DNA from: Rhodosorus marinus CCMP1338
Lineage: Eukaryota; Plantae; Rhodophyta
NCBI GenBank assembly: GCA_029953675.1
Contig: JAMWBK010000005.1
Coordinates: 744,001-808,000, forward strand
Direction: 5' to 3'
DNA length: 64,000 nucleotides
Made by a program: the position numbers and the translations under genes
The notes under the pieces: model-generated
The model's database searches: none
What the model saw: only the letters and a program-made list of their open reading frames with translations
What the model was told of the DNA's origin: nothing
Shown: positions 9,320 through 21,779 of the stretch, in pieces
Position numbering within the stretch: position 1 is the first letter of the stretch
How the letters are laid out: each line of letters begins with the position of its first letter

Positions 9320-11488
9320 TTAGGTCGCTCGGGGAACTTTCCTCTTATATCGGATTGTGGTGGGACCCTTTGGTCCTACTACCAAGGCCTCCTGCGATCA
9401 TTAGAAATGTTCCGATAGCGCAGCTCACGCGTGAGACCTCACGCACGAATAGCATTATTATCTCATCAGCGAACTTACATAGTTGGGTACATTCATCTCT
9501 CCAACAGGCTCAAGGTCGAAGTCTCGCAGCAGAACACTCCTACAAAAGGCAGAGATCATCAGAACCAATAGAGCTAGAGAAAACGCCCATTCCGCAGAAA
9601 CTTACCAGATAGCTTTCACCTGTAGAAATGCGAACTGCTCTCCCATACAGCTGTGACGGCCCCCACCGAATCCCATGAACGTCAACCTCGCCTTCTTGTC
9701 CTCCACTCGTGGCTCAGCGAATCGGTCTCTGCCGTGCGTAAATTCAAAGCGAATGAGCTTCCAATGCACAACTACACATGAATCAGTAACTCTGCTGTTG
9801 AATGTGACTTACGGATCAAACTCGTTCGGCTTTGCCCAAAGCGAGGGCAAGCGTCCAGTCACTGCAGGAGACATAAACAAGTAGTCACCCTTCGGTATGC
9901 TCATTCCCTTGTACGTCCTTTCATTCTCCACTTGACGCATCAAGAAGATCAGTGGCGGGTACATGCGGAGCACTTCCTTCATGACCCTGTGGAGAAGGTT
10001 CATCTGCATCAGGGCTTCGTAATTGAGTTGCCCATCTTGCCTAAATCGATTGAAACGAGCTCCGTCAGGAAAGTGATGTAGGCTAATGCAATTGCCCTTC
10101 AAAAGCTGGGGCAGAAAGAGCCGCAAAGTCAAGTATTGCCCACCCTTTTAGTGCATTCTGTTGCTCTTCCACAACACGGGATAGGAGGTCCTTGTCCCTT
10201 ATGAGGTGGAGACCGATCCAAGTTGACGTAATGGACGATGTGTGTTGTCCACCAAAAATAGCAGCTATCAGCAGACCCTGTGGAAGGAGTTGTTCCGAAA
10301 AGTTATAAACCTCCGCCAAGCTCTAAGCGAAGCTAGCAATCAGCTGTGATGGAGTCATACCACAATGGTAAAATCATCGCAGGAGGAGCCATCAGTTCTC
10401 CTCGCCTGCATAAACACCTGAAGGAGGTCGTCGCCTACTATTCCTGTCTCTCTACGCTTGCTAATGACCTTCTGGAAGAGCTTTTGCAAATCTTTACGTG
10501 CCTGATCTCGTTTTCGATGAGCTGAGGTGGGCAGATTCGGCACGAACAAAGATAGAACTTGCATTCCTTGATCCAGAATGTGAATCAGCTCAGCGGCCTG
10601 CGGACAAGATTGAACCAGTTCAATTTTTAACCTGCCTGCTTGTCTGGACAACGGCAAGCTCGTTCGTGTCATTCGTTCGATAGCAGACCTCTTCAAACAT
10701 GTCCTCGCGTACTTCGGGCCCAAGGAGACATCGGGATGCAGTCATCAAAATCAATCTCGCCAGCTCGTCGAACAAATCCACCTCCCCCTCATTGCCCCAC
10801 TTGGCGAAGAAGCTTTCGCTCTCATTCACCATATGCGGAACGTAACCTTTCAACTTTGTGATTCGCAGACCTAATCGTCCAGATCTCACCTGTGAGTACA
10901 ACGGTTGGAAAAAAAAACAACACCGCAGGAGGGAGCGGCATACCACTGCCAAGCATCTTGAACTGGAAATACCTCTCGTCGAGGTCTGCATCGTAGACTA
11001 CTCCTGGTCCGAACACAGGCACCGTAAAGCGGTAGATATCTTTAACGTCCACATCGGTGTCCTTGCTTAGCAAGCTCACTTCATGTGCACTCGGGCTGAG
11101 AAGGAACGTGAATCGCTTGCTCGCCATCTGTGCACAAGAAATCGATCGGCAGACTCACGATCAGCTACCACGACTTGTTGACGCGATTGTAAACTTCACG
11201 TACGTTAATGGTAAAACAGTCACCGAGCGAGTTATGGCCTCGGGTGACCATGTCGAGCGGCGCTTTCGCAAATGCAAGGGCATTGCCAATCAGGGGCAAC
11301 CCTTCCGCATACAGCGGTGGCAGGACCTTACCACCCTTTCCGGACGGCACTTGATTGAACGCGAGTACCACTACAATAGAAAGACTGAGAAACGCCACTA
11401 CCACCCATCCGACCGCCTCAGTGTCCCCTTGTATCGCCTTCTCAGCGGTTCCAAGGAGAACCCCCTGAACATCCTCCAAGACTCCCAT
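9320..11488 (-). CDS. CYP51: Sterol 14-alpha-demethylase (cytochrome P450 family 51)
   Basis: N-terminal TM anchor, LPLIGNALAF, VPVFGPGVVYD, I-helix IAAIFGGQHTSSIT, K-helix KEVLRMYPPL, FDPDRF and heme motif FGGGRHSCMGE; at least 7 GT-AG introns; ends ...RYKRKVPRAT*. Confidence 0.95.
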
Positions 11489-13046
11489 TCGTACTCTTTA
11501 TCCCCAACCCTCTGGCTGCTCTTCTTCACTCCAAAAGTAAACAACTAAACCAGTCACATCCGAATAAAAAACTCTGCCCACTCACTATCACTACTCGATT
11601 CCCAACTCTCCATTCAATTCTATCCCTACCCCCAAATTCACCACCATCAACAGTTTCGTTTTCCCTCCCCCACCGAACTCCACCGAACTCCACCCTCTTC
11701 CTCTCCTCCCTACTCCCCCTCAACCACAACAAGTAAACAATCTTCTCAAAAATGAACCATTCCCGCGATTCAGCGACCACATATCTAACTTCACCCCCCC
11801 TTCAAAAAATAAAGCAAACAGATCTAATCAGAATCACGTTAATTTTTGAACCAAATTCCGTGTTTGATGAAAGCAAATTTAATCCCCCCACAATTGATGA
11901 CGCGATGGGGTGATTTTTAATAGAATTATGTTTGCCAACCTGGTCGATGATAAAGGCCAGTGTTCCAAACATCCAGTTTTTCTTTTATTATTGTACAGGT
12001 TTAATGTTTGGGGAAACGGAGGGGGTCGAAATGCTGATGGATTACAAGGATCTATTCATCAATGCGAAGTATTTCAACATGCAATTAGAATTATTGAAAA
12101 ATAATCGCGGATATTTTCATGTGAAAGTTTTGAGTAGCCTTAACTTTGTTTGAAACCAAGTGTTTTCGTGAGTAGCTGGCTGACTTATTGATAATTATTA
12201 ATATCTTTGATGATATTTTAGTAGTTTTTTAGAATTTCGCGATCAAAATTTAGATGCCGATGTTGCATAAATGCTTTGAAAGAAGAAATATATTCACTGG
12301 ATAGTCTATACTTAGATAAACAGGTCCTGATTTTGAAATGATTTGGCGTTTAACCTCTTCGACGTGTGGCGAGCAATTGGAGGGTGCAAAATTCTCTCGA
12401 AGAACTTGAAGAAAAAAAGAAGGAAAGTCTCACCGCGAAAACCTTCGCAGAGGCAAACTCTCGTACTCAGTTTTTAGATGTGCATTCAAATATTGGTTAA
12501 CGTGGTCTAGCGGTAATTCGATGTCCTAAAAATACATTATTCGTGCGCAAACACATTTTTACATATTGTATAAAATATTTGTTATTATGCGGCCAAGAGA
12601 ACTTCCTCTACAGCTAAAATTTCTCAAATAAACGGTAAATAACCTATATATGGACTCAATATAACGATACATATAGTGGTAAACAAGTATTAACAGTCCA
12701 GCCGGTCCAAAAGTCGCCGAGCGACTCGGAAAGGAAAATTACGTCCTATATAGAGGTTAAACTGTAATATTTGGGTGCAAAAGTTTTCAGATAATACTAA
12801 CCTGAAAAATGTATTGTTTATATAGTATGTTAATCATGTATTAAGATGCTCAGGACAAGGGCTTTAGACGAAGATTTCAGCTTCTGATGGGGATGGCCAT
12901 TGCCGGAGATTTTAGCTGACTGGAGGTTGGACCGGGTTTGGGTCGGTTCGGGGAGGTTTTAGCATAGTCTCTATACCTTGATGGACATAATTTAGTTTTG
13001 TGCTTCTGTTTACTGGCTTGTTAGATTGGTTTTGATTTTCAACTCG

Positions 13047-15129
13047 ATGTCAGCGCTAGGGTTCCTCGGAGGTGTTGGCTCGTATGGACAACGCAAGGTT
13101 GGCAAGAAGCAGACATGTGAGAGACGAGTGGATTTGCCGAAATGTAGAGTCTCTGTTGACTCTTTAGGGTCAGGTTTGCAGAAGTCTGGCAATTTTGAGA
13201 AAAACAATGGCATTGGTGATGATTCTCCGCTGAATGAAAGCCGCTATTTGGAGAAGGTCTTGACTGCCCGGGTTTATGACGTCGCCATCGAGTCCGCTCT
13301 GGAAGATGCGCCGTTGCTCAGCGGTAGAGTGCAGAATAGAATTCTGCTGAAGCGGGAAGATACGCAGCCTGTATTCTCTTTTAAACTTCGTGGTGCGTAC
13401 AACATGATGGCGAAAACCCCATACAACGTCCTCAAAAATGGAGTCGTAGCGGCATCCGCTGGAAACCACGCACAGGTAAGTTTCCGCGTGTCCCAATTGT
13501 TGTAATTGCGATGCGATGGGTGCTGACGAAGGCGACCGCTTCCCGTCTTTTTGTAGGGTGTTGCGCTTGGTGCACAAACTCTTGGGGTCCCCGCAACAAT
13601 CGTGATGCCGAATGTAACCCCAGCTATCAAGGTTGAAGCAGTGAAAAGAAGGGGTGGCATTGCCATCCTTCACGGGAGAAACTTCGATGAGGCGAAGGCC
13701 AAGGCGGAAGAGATCTCTGAAGAGACCGGGGCGCTTTACGTCCCTCCTTTCGACCACCCCGAGGTCATTGCTGGTACGCTTAACGTAGAACTGCTCACAT
13801 GGCAGTATCTGGAAGAGGAATTTGATCAATACTAATTCAAGTTCTTATATTGCGGCGGGCTTCATTCAGGTCAAGGCACAATCGGGCTCGAGATTCTTAG
13901 GCAAAGATCAGATCACATAGACGCAATCTTTATTCCAATCGGCGGTGGAGGTCTCATCGCTGGTGTTGCGACGGTAGTGAAGAGACTTCGTCCGGAGATT
14001 AAGATTATAGGAGTTGAACCTTTTGAGGCAGACGCCATGAAGCGCAGCATCGATAAGGGGGAAAGGGTGAAGTTGAACAGAGTCGGGACCTTTGCTGATG
14101 GGGTAGCAGTGATTGAGGTTGGAGAGGAGACATTTCGGCTTTGCAAGGATTTGATAGATGAGATCGTGCTTGTTGATAGGGAAGAAATTTGTGCATCGAT
14201 CAAGGATATGTTCGAGGACACAAGATCTATTCTAGAGCCCTCCGGGGCGCTGAGTGTGGCGGGGGCGAAGCGGTACATTGAAGATAACGACGTAACTGAC
14301 CACACATATGTTGCGATAACGTCGGGAGCGAACATGAATTTCGATCGACTTCGGTATGTAAGCGAAATGGCCGAGATAGGCGAGCAACGAGAAGCCATTT
14401 TTGCCGTGAAAATTCCCGAGCGAGCCGGGTCCTTCAAGGAACTAATCCAGAACCTGAAGAATGCAAACATTACTGAGTTCAATTATCGATTCGCTTGCTA
14501 CGACGAGGCTAGCGTGTTCGTTGGGGTTGGTGTTTCCGGACCGAAGCACGCGAAGGATATTCTCGAAAGTTTGCAGTCGCATTATCAAACACTGGACCTG
14601 ACGCACGATGACATGACCAAGTTGCACATGCGACACCTGGTCGGTGCGTAGGATTCTTCCCTCGCGAGCGGAATAATCCAGTACATGCATGAGAAGCTTA
14701 CTCTTGTTTTTCTCAACATTGCACTGTGGCAGGTGGACGTACGAGTGAGATTGTCGACGAAGTACTTTATCGGTTCGAGTTTCCTGAAAGACCAGGCGCC
14801 CTGTTAGATTTCCTCTACAAACTCAAGTTCGACTGGAGCATAACTCTCTTCCACTATCGGAATCATGGGACAGATGTCGGGAGGGTTTTGGTTGGCGTTT
14901 CTGTTCCTGAGAGCGAGCGCTCCGAGTTCGGAGAGTTTCTGCAGTCCCTTAACGGTCTTGGGTAGGGATTGCGTTCCGCCGATGCCAATCGCTTGCCGCT
15001 GTGGACTCCCCGACTAATGGTACATTTTCACCCGTCGTTCTGCTCAGGTACAACTGGACTGATGAGACTAACAATGAGGCATACAAGCTTTTCCTAGGAA
15101 ACCAGAATGTAGAGCTCTGTCCAACTTGA
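13047..15129 (+). CDS. ilvA: Biosynthetic threonine deaminase, plastid-targeted
   Basis: LKREDTQPVFSFKLRGAYN (PLP Lys), ASAGNHAQG, PIGGGGLIAG, FADGVAV, SGANMNFDRLR and two C-terminal ACT domains (IPERAGSF; FPERPGALL..HYRNHG). N-terminus MSALGFL is transit-peptide-like. Confidence 0.95.
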
Positions 15130-15629
15130 ATATGGCGAGTGTTTTGATACCTTTGTTTATACTCAGCCAAACTAACCCAGGTCTACAACCCAGAAATGGT
15201 TCCTCGGAGCCTCAAATATCTCCGGAAGCCCAGGTGCGTGCTTCCGTTTACCTTGGCGTTTGAGAGGTTTCACTAATCTGTACATGGAAACTTGATTGAA
15301 ACGTGAGCGTAGTGATCCACGTCTGTCTAAAGTAACTATGAGAAAGAGCTTTCTCCTCGGAACCGGAACGCGAAGACCAAAACCTCATTACATCATCACT
15401 CGCCGGATCTCCGTTTTCGAGAACCTTTTGGGGGTTGTTTCCAACGTGCCAGGAGCTCTAGCTTAGGGCAGTCGATGATCTTACACCAGCTTGCGGTGGC
15501 AACAAGCACATCCACAACATCCAGCCGTCCAGACCCCTCCCGGCGAATCAGTTATTCTTGAATTCAATCAATACGTTTCGAAATCCACTGTTTTCATTGG
15601 AAACAGAACACCTTTTTGATTGATATAAT

Positions 15630-15703
15630 ATGATAATTGGTAAAAGATATTCTATATTGATTGTTTACCTACGATAATTGGTGAGTATATCTCATATTGA
15701 TTG
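15630..15703. promoter_or_regulatory. Degenerate direct repeat (about 33 nt x2), each copy carrying GATAATTGG and ATATTGATTG (CCAAT-type boxes)
   Basis: ATGATAATTGGTAAAAGATATTCTATATTGATTG (15630-15663) and ACGATAATTGGTGAGTATATCTCATATTGATTG (15671-15703). Confidence 0.5.
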
Positions 15704-16249
15704 AACTTGTGTAATCGTTGCGACTTCCCGTGGTATCTTCTTGTTTCACCTGAGAGAATGTATTCAAGGGCTAGCTACCCGGAGAGCGAACCCCGAGAGC
15801 GAGGAATCACAAACGAGGCAGAGAACGACTCTCAAGAATAACGGAGACTGAACTCCGCCAAAGGGCAAAATGAAGAAAGATTGGAACCGCGACTAGCGAT
15901 CAACTTCATTCCCGAGGTTCTCACATTTTTCGGGGAAGGGTTAGGAAGGCGGGAACCCGTTTGCTTTAGCTCTTTGAGTTTGACGACAAGGTGATGTGAA
16001 TAGGACGACCAAGGTATGATCAGATTAGAGAACGCGTCTGGGAGTGATAGCCTGGATAATGAGTTATCAAGAGCTGTGCGTCGAGGTTCTTCGGACGAGA
16101 ATAGTTCTCTTTTGAGTGGATCTCAGAGGACCCTACAAGCGGCGTTTACTGGTGATCGGATTACTTGTAAGGTGGCACATTGTTCTTAGGATTTTGTAAG
16201 GACTTTTAGCGCCTGTTTCGTTACCGCCATCACGGATGGTCGTGATGTT

Positions 16250-17260
16250 TTGGCTGGTCTTCTGAGGGGTGTTTTCGGTCAAGGGGTCTAAGAGCTAAGA
16301 GCACTGTTTGTCTCTGTTCCTCGCTCCTGCTTCCTGGCACAGCTCAGGATGGATCAGGTTTGATTGACCAAGCCTTCATTGCGAAGAGGAAGCGGAACAG
16401 GTTCACCTTTTGGTTGGGCAGAAATTTGTACCACAATGATGACTCCTGTTTGGAACCTGACGCAGAGCTTGCTAGGAGGACTGCCACTGAGTTGGCCGAG
16501 GCTACCAGTCGATTAGAGGTAGAAACAGAACGAAGTCTTAAAAGTCCGTTTGATTGAAAATTCTGCTGACCACTCTGACAAATCCATTCCCACCCCCGTT
16601 ACGGCGTGCAGAGGACTACTCTTCTTATTCTCTTGTTAACCCTCTTCGTCGACCCAGTGATTACCGCCGTCAAGCATGATTCTCTGGCTCGAGGATTTCA
16701 AGACTTATGGAGGTTCGGTGTTCTCGACACAATAGTCATCTACGTTCTCATCGGGCTTTTAGGAGAGCCGTTTAGAACGTGCGAGTCACTATTGACATCT
16801 GGTAGTCCGTACCTGGGTTAGTATTTCAATTCCAAGAACACGGGCGCTCGACTGCCGAAGATTCTGAATTTTCATCTCGTGTTTCTCCTTCCAGAGGAAT
16901 ACACTCAGGACGCAGAGCAATCCCTAACGCTCAGGACGGTTATCTCCCTTGTGCAGTCGTTCACAAAGTTTTTTTTTTACCTCAACAAATACTTCATCTT
17001 TCGTCTCTCTTCAACCTTCGGCAGAACGGTCGTGCGCTCTTCTCTTCTGGCTCTGAGAGTGGAATCCCTTGGGGACCTGCTGCCTATCGCCATGCCAGAG
17101 AGCTTTTCTGATATCGCAAACTTCATTCTCGCCTAGGAAAGTCACTTCAAATTAACATCGAAAGCCTTGCTTATGCCCGGATTCGCTCATCGCCTCGTTC
17201 GGTCCTCATTGTCATCCTGTAGCCGAATAGTATTGTTGGTCGGAATGGGGACCGTAGGCC
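16250..17260 (+). mobile_element. Degenerate RLE non-LTR retrotransposon 3' relic
   Basis: LLRGVFGQGV*, FTFWLG, KHDSLARGFQDLWRFG (from 16672), GEP (16762-16770), LVVRTW...ALDC (to 16855), NKY (16984-16992), LALRVESLGDL (VESLG at 17059-17073) and HRL...SRIVL, in the expected order. Confidence 0.55.
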
Positions 17261-17992
17261 AACCTGGCAATACATGTGGCTTGTCAAAAATTGTAGCTAG
17301 AGGAAATAAACACCAAGGGAATCGGAATGCGTTCTGCAACGAGGAAGGAATCGAGGCTCAATTCAAAGCGTCCGCTTTTGCTCGCATAGGTCTCAAAGCT
17401 TAAAAGTTCACGGTCACAACTCAAACTTCCTTCTATCATCTCGCTTTCTCTTTAGCTTCTGCCACAACAGAAACACCCGTCGTCAAGAACAGCAAATATA
17501 TGAGCACGAGGGACTTCGGAAAGCAGATTTACCTGGGGGTTTTCAGCTCGATCTCAAGGCAGCGTTTCACATCTGACGATTGATTTCAGGTTCTTCATCC
17601 TCGTTGTAGAGTACGGTCGATTCCGCTCCATGTTTACTTCATCCTCCTATTAAACCGTTCTCTCCCATCCACCGAGATGGACGGAGATTGATGCTCGTCG
17701 TTAAGTGCATGTAATAGTCTTTCAAATGGACAGTCTATAAATATATTTATGTGTGTATTTATTTTTAAATATGATAATAACACCGTAATGCCTATAGAGT
17801 AGAGATTTTACGTACTTGACGACTAACCTGAACTTACGACTTATGACTAGGATGAATTTATTTTGGTCTTATTGAAGACTCATGATCGATCACCGCCGTG
17901 GAGCAGCGATGCGTGGGATTGGGGAGGCGCAGAACTGTGCTGGTTGGAGGTGGTATAGAAGGAGTCTTGCTCTTTTGTGAACTATTAAATAC

Positions 17993-19051
17993 ATGGCCAG
18001 ATTTACTAGCCCCCGTGAGGGCTTTGTTCCGCTCTGTGGAACGCGACCATCGGTCTTGCGAGGGCCACGCGTCGTCTGCCCCAAGCGGGTGAGACCTGCG
18101 AGGAGATTTTCTAGGAGAGCGCAGATCGTCGCTCTGACTTGGGAGGAAGTGAAGACCTCCACAATGCTAGTGAATGTGTACTCTATTACGGATAAGGAAG
18201 GGTACCCAATCCTGCAGCCGGTAAGGACCGTCGCCCATGAGCTTTCCCTCTCACGGGACAATTTGCGCCTGGTTAACCATCTCTATGTGCCGGGTCGGGC
18301 CGTGATTATGTCGGAGTAGATGTATGGCCACGAGCGCCTAGTTGGCTCGCTGTATTTCTTGTCCTGCGAACAGGCCATGCTGACCAGAAAGTCGTTGACC
18401 GATAGTGGTGCTGAGTTTGGACAAGGAGCTCAGGTCGCTGTGATCCCGTTTCATGTTGCTTTTGAGAAAGTGATTGCCGATCCCATACCAACTGAAGATA
18501 CGGATGACGAAGGAAGAGAAGTTTACCTTATCTTTCGGTTCGTTCCAGATCTCGGCGAGGTAAGACAGGTTGTGAAAAACCAATGGCAGCTTTCGGACTA
18601 CTCACGGAGTGGAGTTCACCAACTTCTGGCTGAACAGCTTCAGGTCGCGAAAACGATGATGGAAAAGGATGGCGTGGATACGGAAAATCTCCCAGAGGTT
18701 CCAGTGTTCTACTCTGCCAAGGAAGCGGACAAAGCCGGGACTGTGTTCCTTTCGCACGAGGACTGCATCAAGAACATACAGGAGACGGAATCAAAACAGG
18801 ATGCTGGCATGGAGTCGGTTGTCCTCGCAGACTTACCCGAACTACTGACGGAAGCGAATCAGGTACGTTTGTGTAGGGCTAGTGATCGTCATCCTTGCGG
18901 AGCGTGACAATATCTAATCGTCATCTTCCTGACTTTTCAGGTCGCTGTTGTACCCTCCACCTACAACAAGATGTTTGTCGACCAGGTGTTCTCCGAGGCA
19001 GGCATGGAAGGATTCGGCAATGATAGTCAAGGAGGAAATGTTGAACATTAA
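17993..19051 (+). CDS. TIC22: Tic22-like chloroplast intermembrane-space import chaperone with transit peptide
   Basis: VYSITDKEGYPIL, SLYFLSCEQA, VAVIPFHVAF, YLIFRFVPDLGEV, VPVFYS and VFLSHED match the two-fold Tic22 pattern; introns start at GTAAGG (about 18221) and GTACGT (about 18864). Confidence 0.7.
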
Positions 19052-19487
19052 AAACAAAAGCCTTCTGCACAAGAATGAAAGCTTTCTTCGTGAATGATTA
19101 TGCCCTCCACAATTCTTTCATCCCAGGATCAAGTCCTGTCGTTTGCGGGTAAAGTTCACTCTGTTGTTGACAGCAACACAATCCATCGGTTAAAAATGTT
19201 CCATGCCGCCGCATGATCGGTTTCCGAAAGGGATGGTCACACTCGGTTCCGGCCTGGAGGCCATCGCAAACCACAGTCGAAATTTCCAGATCAATGGAGA
19301 CATTGAGTATTAGTATTGAAACCGAATCAATTTATCTTGAGAGTAAACCAGAATACATTGGAAGATGGCTAGTTCAGGAGACTCTCCCCACATCTGGAAC
19401 ATGTGCAGCGCGGATGATGAGAAACTGGTGTCGGGAAACGCACTCTAGCGCTTCTGACCACTCGAGGGTTTCAAAGACGACGACCTG

Positions 19488-20489
19488 ATGTCGAGGCTAG
19501 GATTTGTTCTTACAGGATTCTGGACAACCGCCAAGGGATCCAACTCGGCAGAAAAGAGGTGTGCTCAGAGAAAGATGGATCCCAAGACACAAGTCGACGC
19601 GGAAGGAGCGTTAAATCTTTTCTTTCTCTGTTCAAAACTGAAAGTGCGTAGTTGGGGGATCGTAAACCATACTTACGAGTTGTTCCAGGGCCTAAGTCGG
19701 ATTGTTCCATTTTAAAACACGTAGGAAACTAAGAGGACTGGCTGGATCAACAATGGAGTGGCAAATCCTGAGTCGATATCCGACCACATGCACAGGATGG
19801 CCATCATCTCGATGGTTGTGGGGGACTCACCTGAAGTTCGAGGGAGGTGAGACGTGCTCTCTCCGTGCTTTGCCTCCAGTGGCTCCCGCTGAATTCGAAA
19901 TATACGGATCTTCTTCTTTCGGATCGAATCCAAAAGACTCGCGAAGATGGCCTGCGTCCACGATCTAGCAGAAGCCGTGATTGGTGACATCACCCCGGAT
20001 GACGGGGTTTCTGACGAGGAGAAACACCGCCGGGAGGAATCCGCAATGCGCGATATAAGAGATGAGTACCTGGGTGGCTCTGATATTGGTAATCAGATGG
20101 AAAGACACACCCGATAGTATGGTTTGTCAAGGAGCTTAAGTACCAGATTCAACCTCCCTCGTTTAGGCCGCGAACTCTACGACCTCTGGCTCGAATACGA
20201 CAAAGGAGAGAGCCAGGACGCGCAGATTATGAAGCAAATTGACAAGTTTGAGATGATTGTACAGGCATACGAGTATGAGCTTGGTATGTGAAGAAGCACC
20301 CGAATTGTGTCAGTGTTGTTCTTTAGTTTCGATGGTCTGAGCAAACTGATTCAACTATGCATTGGTACAGCACAAGGAAAGAACCTTTCACAGTTCTTCG
20401 AGTCTACAAAAAACTCGTTTACAACAGAGCCATTTACGACGTGGGTGGAGATCTTACGAAAACGACACGAGGAGGTTCTGAAGAAATGA
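19488..20489 (+). CDS. HDDC2: HD-domain 5'-deoxynucleotidase (HDDC2/YfbR-like), possibly with a transit peptide (alternative ATG at 19575)
   Basis: KLRRTGW..GV..PESISDHMHRMA, KMACVHDLAEAVIGDITP.DGVSDEEKHRRE, LWLEY, KQIDKFEMIVQAYEYE and LSQFFEST. Confidence 0.88.
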
Positions 20490-20582
20490 CACAAATGCAC
20501 CGTGGTCAGACGGCCTCTGTACATCAGCGACGCCCTCTCTGGCCAGGGAGGTTGATATTCTTAGGACATGCGGACATAGCGT

Positions 20583-21359
20583 CTACACTGGTTGCTGTGG
20601 TTGTGGCGAGCTCTCCTTGTTGGGTTTAGCGATGATCAGGTGCGTGGTTCCGAGATGAAAGGTCTTTTTATCCTTCACGGTGGAGCCGCTTTCTTCGACC
20701 AATTTGTCAATGTCGCGATTGTAGATGCATCCCCATTTGTCATAGTGCTTCTGGGCGTAAACGGCTTGCAAGTTGCGGAGAACCTCAAATGAACTCGCGC
20801 CGTGCTCCAGGAGAAGAATCGTTCCATCGTCCTTGCACACCCTTTGCATCTCCTTCAGTTGCTTCTCAGGGTGATCAACACTGCACAAGCCAAATGTCCC
20901 GACCACAGTGTCGAAAGAATTGTCTGGATAGTTCAAGTTCTCAGCGTCTTGAACTTCGAACTTGAAGATCTCCCCTTTCTCCTTTGTGCGAAGCTTGTTC
21001 GCTTTTTCCTGGGCTGTTTGAACCATTGCGACGGAAGAGTCCGTGAACGTGACATCGCATTCAGGCTTATAGTACTTGAAGTTTCTTCCAGTCCCCCCGG
21101 CGACCTCCAACACGCGCCCTTCCGCCTTGGAAACCAGCCAGTACCGCATCAGCCCCAGCAGCATCAACCGCTCATCGGCTGAAATCGAGGCGTCGTATTT
21201 CCCGGCAAGATCTTGATATAGAAGTTTTTTATCTTTCTTTGACGTCCTCATTTCCACCGGCGGCACGTTCTCCCCCTCACGGCTCTTCCTCCACAGGAAG
21301 AAAGATCCTACGCCCGCGGCATACGGGAGAAAAAAAAGCCCGGCCTTGAGGAACACCAT
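20583..21359 (-). CDS. OMS1: OMS1-like SAM-dependent methyltransferase (mitochondrial type), intronless
   Basis: N-terminal TM segment, YDASISADERLM, motif I VLEVAGGTGRN, FDTVVGTFGLCS, LLLEHG and WGCIYNRDI. Confidence 0.75.
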   Translation of the reverse strand: MVFLKAGLFFLPYAAGVGSFFLWRKSREGENVPPVEMRTSKKDKKLLYQDLAGKYDASISADERLMLLGLMRYWLVSKAEGRVLEVAGGTGRNFKYYKPECDVTFTDSSVAMVQTAQEKANKLRTKEKGEIFKFEVQDAENLNYPDNSFDTVVGTFGLCSVDHPEKQLKEMQRVCKDDGTILLLEHGASSFEVLRNLQAVYAQKHYDKWGCIYNRDIDKLVEESGSTVKDKKTFHLGTTHLIIAKPNKESSPQPQQPV

Positions 21360-21779
21360 CCAAGTATATGTACAAGTAATAGATCGATTCAAGTAGAATC
21401 GCAAAATCGATTGATGCGAACCGAACTAACGAACAGATCACTCCAAAGCTTGACTTCTAAGATGACATCTCCACCCGCCTCCGTCAAGACAGCCGCAGAA
21501 TTCTATGTTCTGAAAAACCCGTTGAAATTGAAAGTGTCCCAGTTTTGATGGTGCACTGTCCCGTTTCATAAACGTATAGCAATGTGCGCTTCAGGGTCCG
21601 CCTTTGAGAAGAGGAGGATGACGCTGTAACTGTATCCTTTAATGGGTAGCTGCCTAATGGAGCGCAACACTAATTCTATCACTATCGAAGGAACAGGAAG
21701 GGCTTAACCCCGTACCTCGGGGTCTCTAGTTACGATAAAAAGAAAATACGGAGTCAGTGGCTCGTCCGCCTGATCCACA

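Noticed and set aside
11057-11548. 163-aa plus-strand ORF
   Set aside because: Antisense to CYP51 exons, with no recognisable motifs.
13170-14482. Long minus-strand ORFs (219, 130 and 189 aa)
   Set aside because: Antisense shadows of ilvA.
19100-19490. ORF 19213-19488 and minus-strand CSRC / RRHG motifs
   Set aside because: Motif spacing is inconsistent with an RLE domain and there is no gene model.
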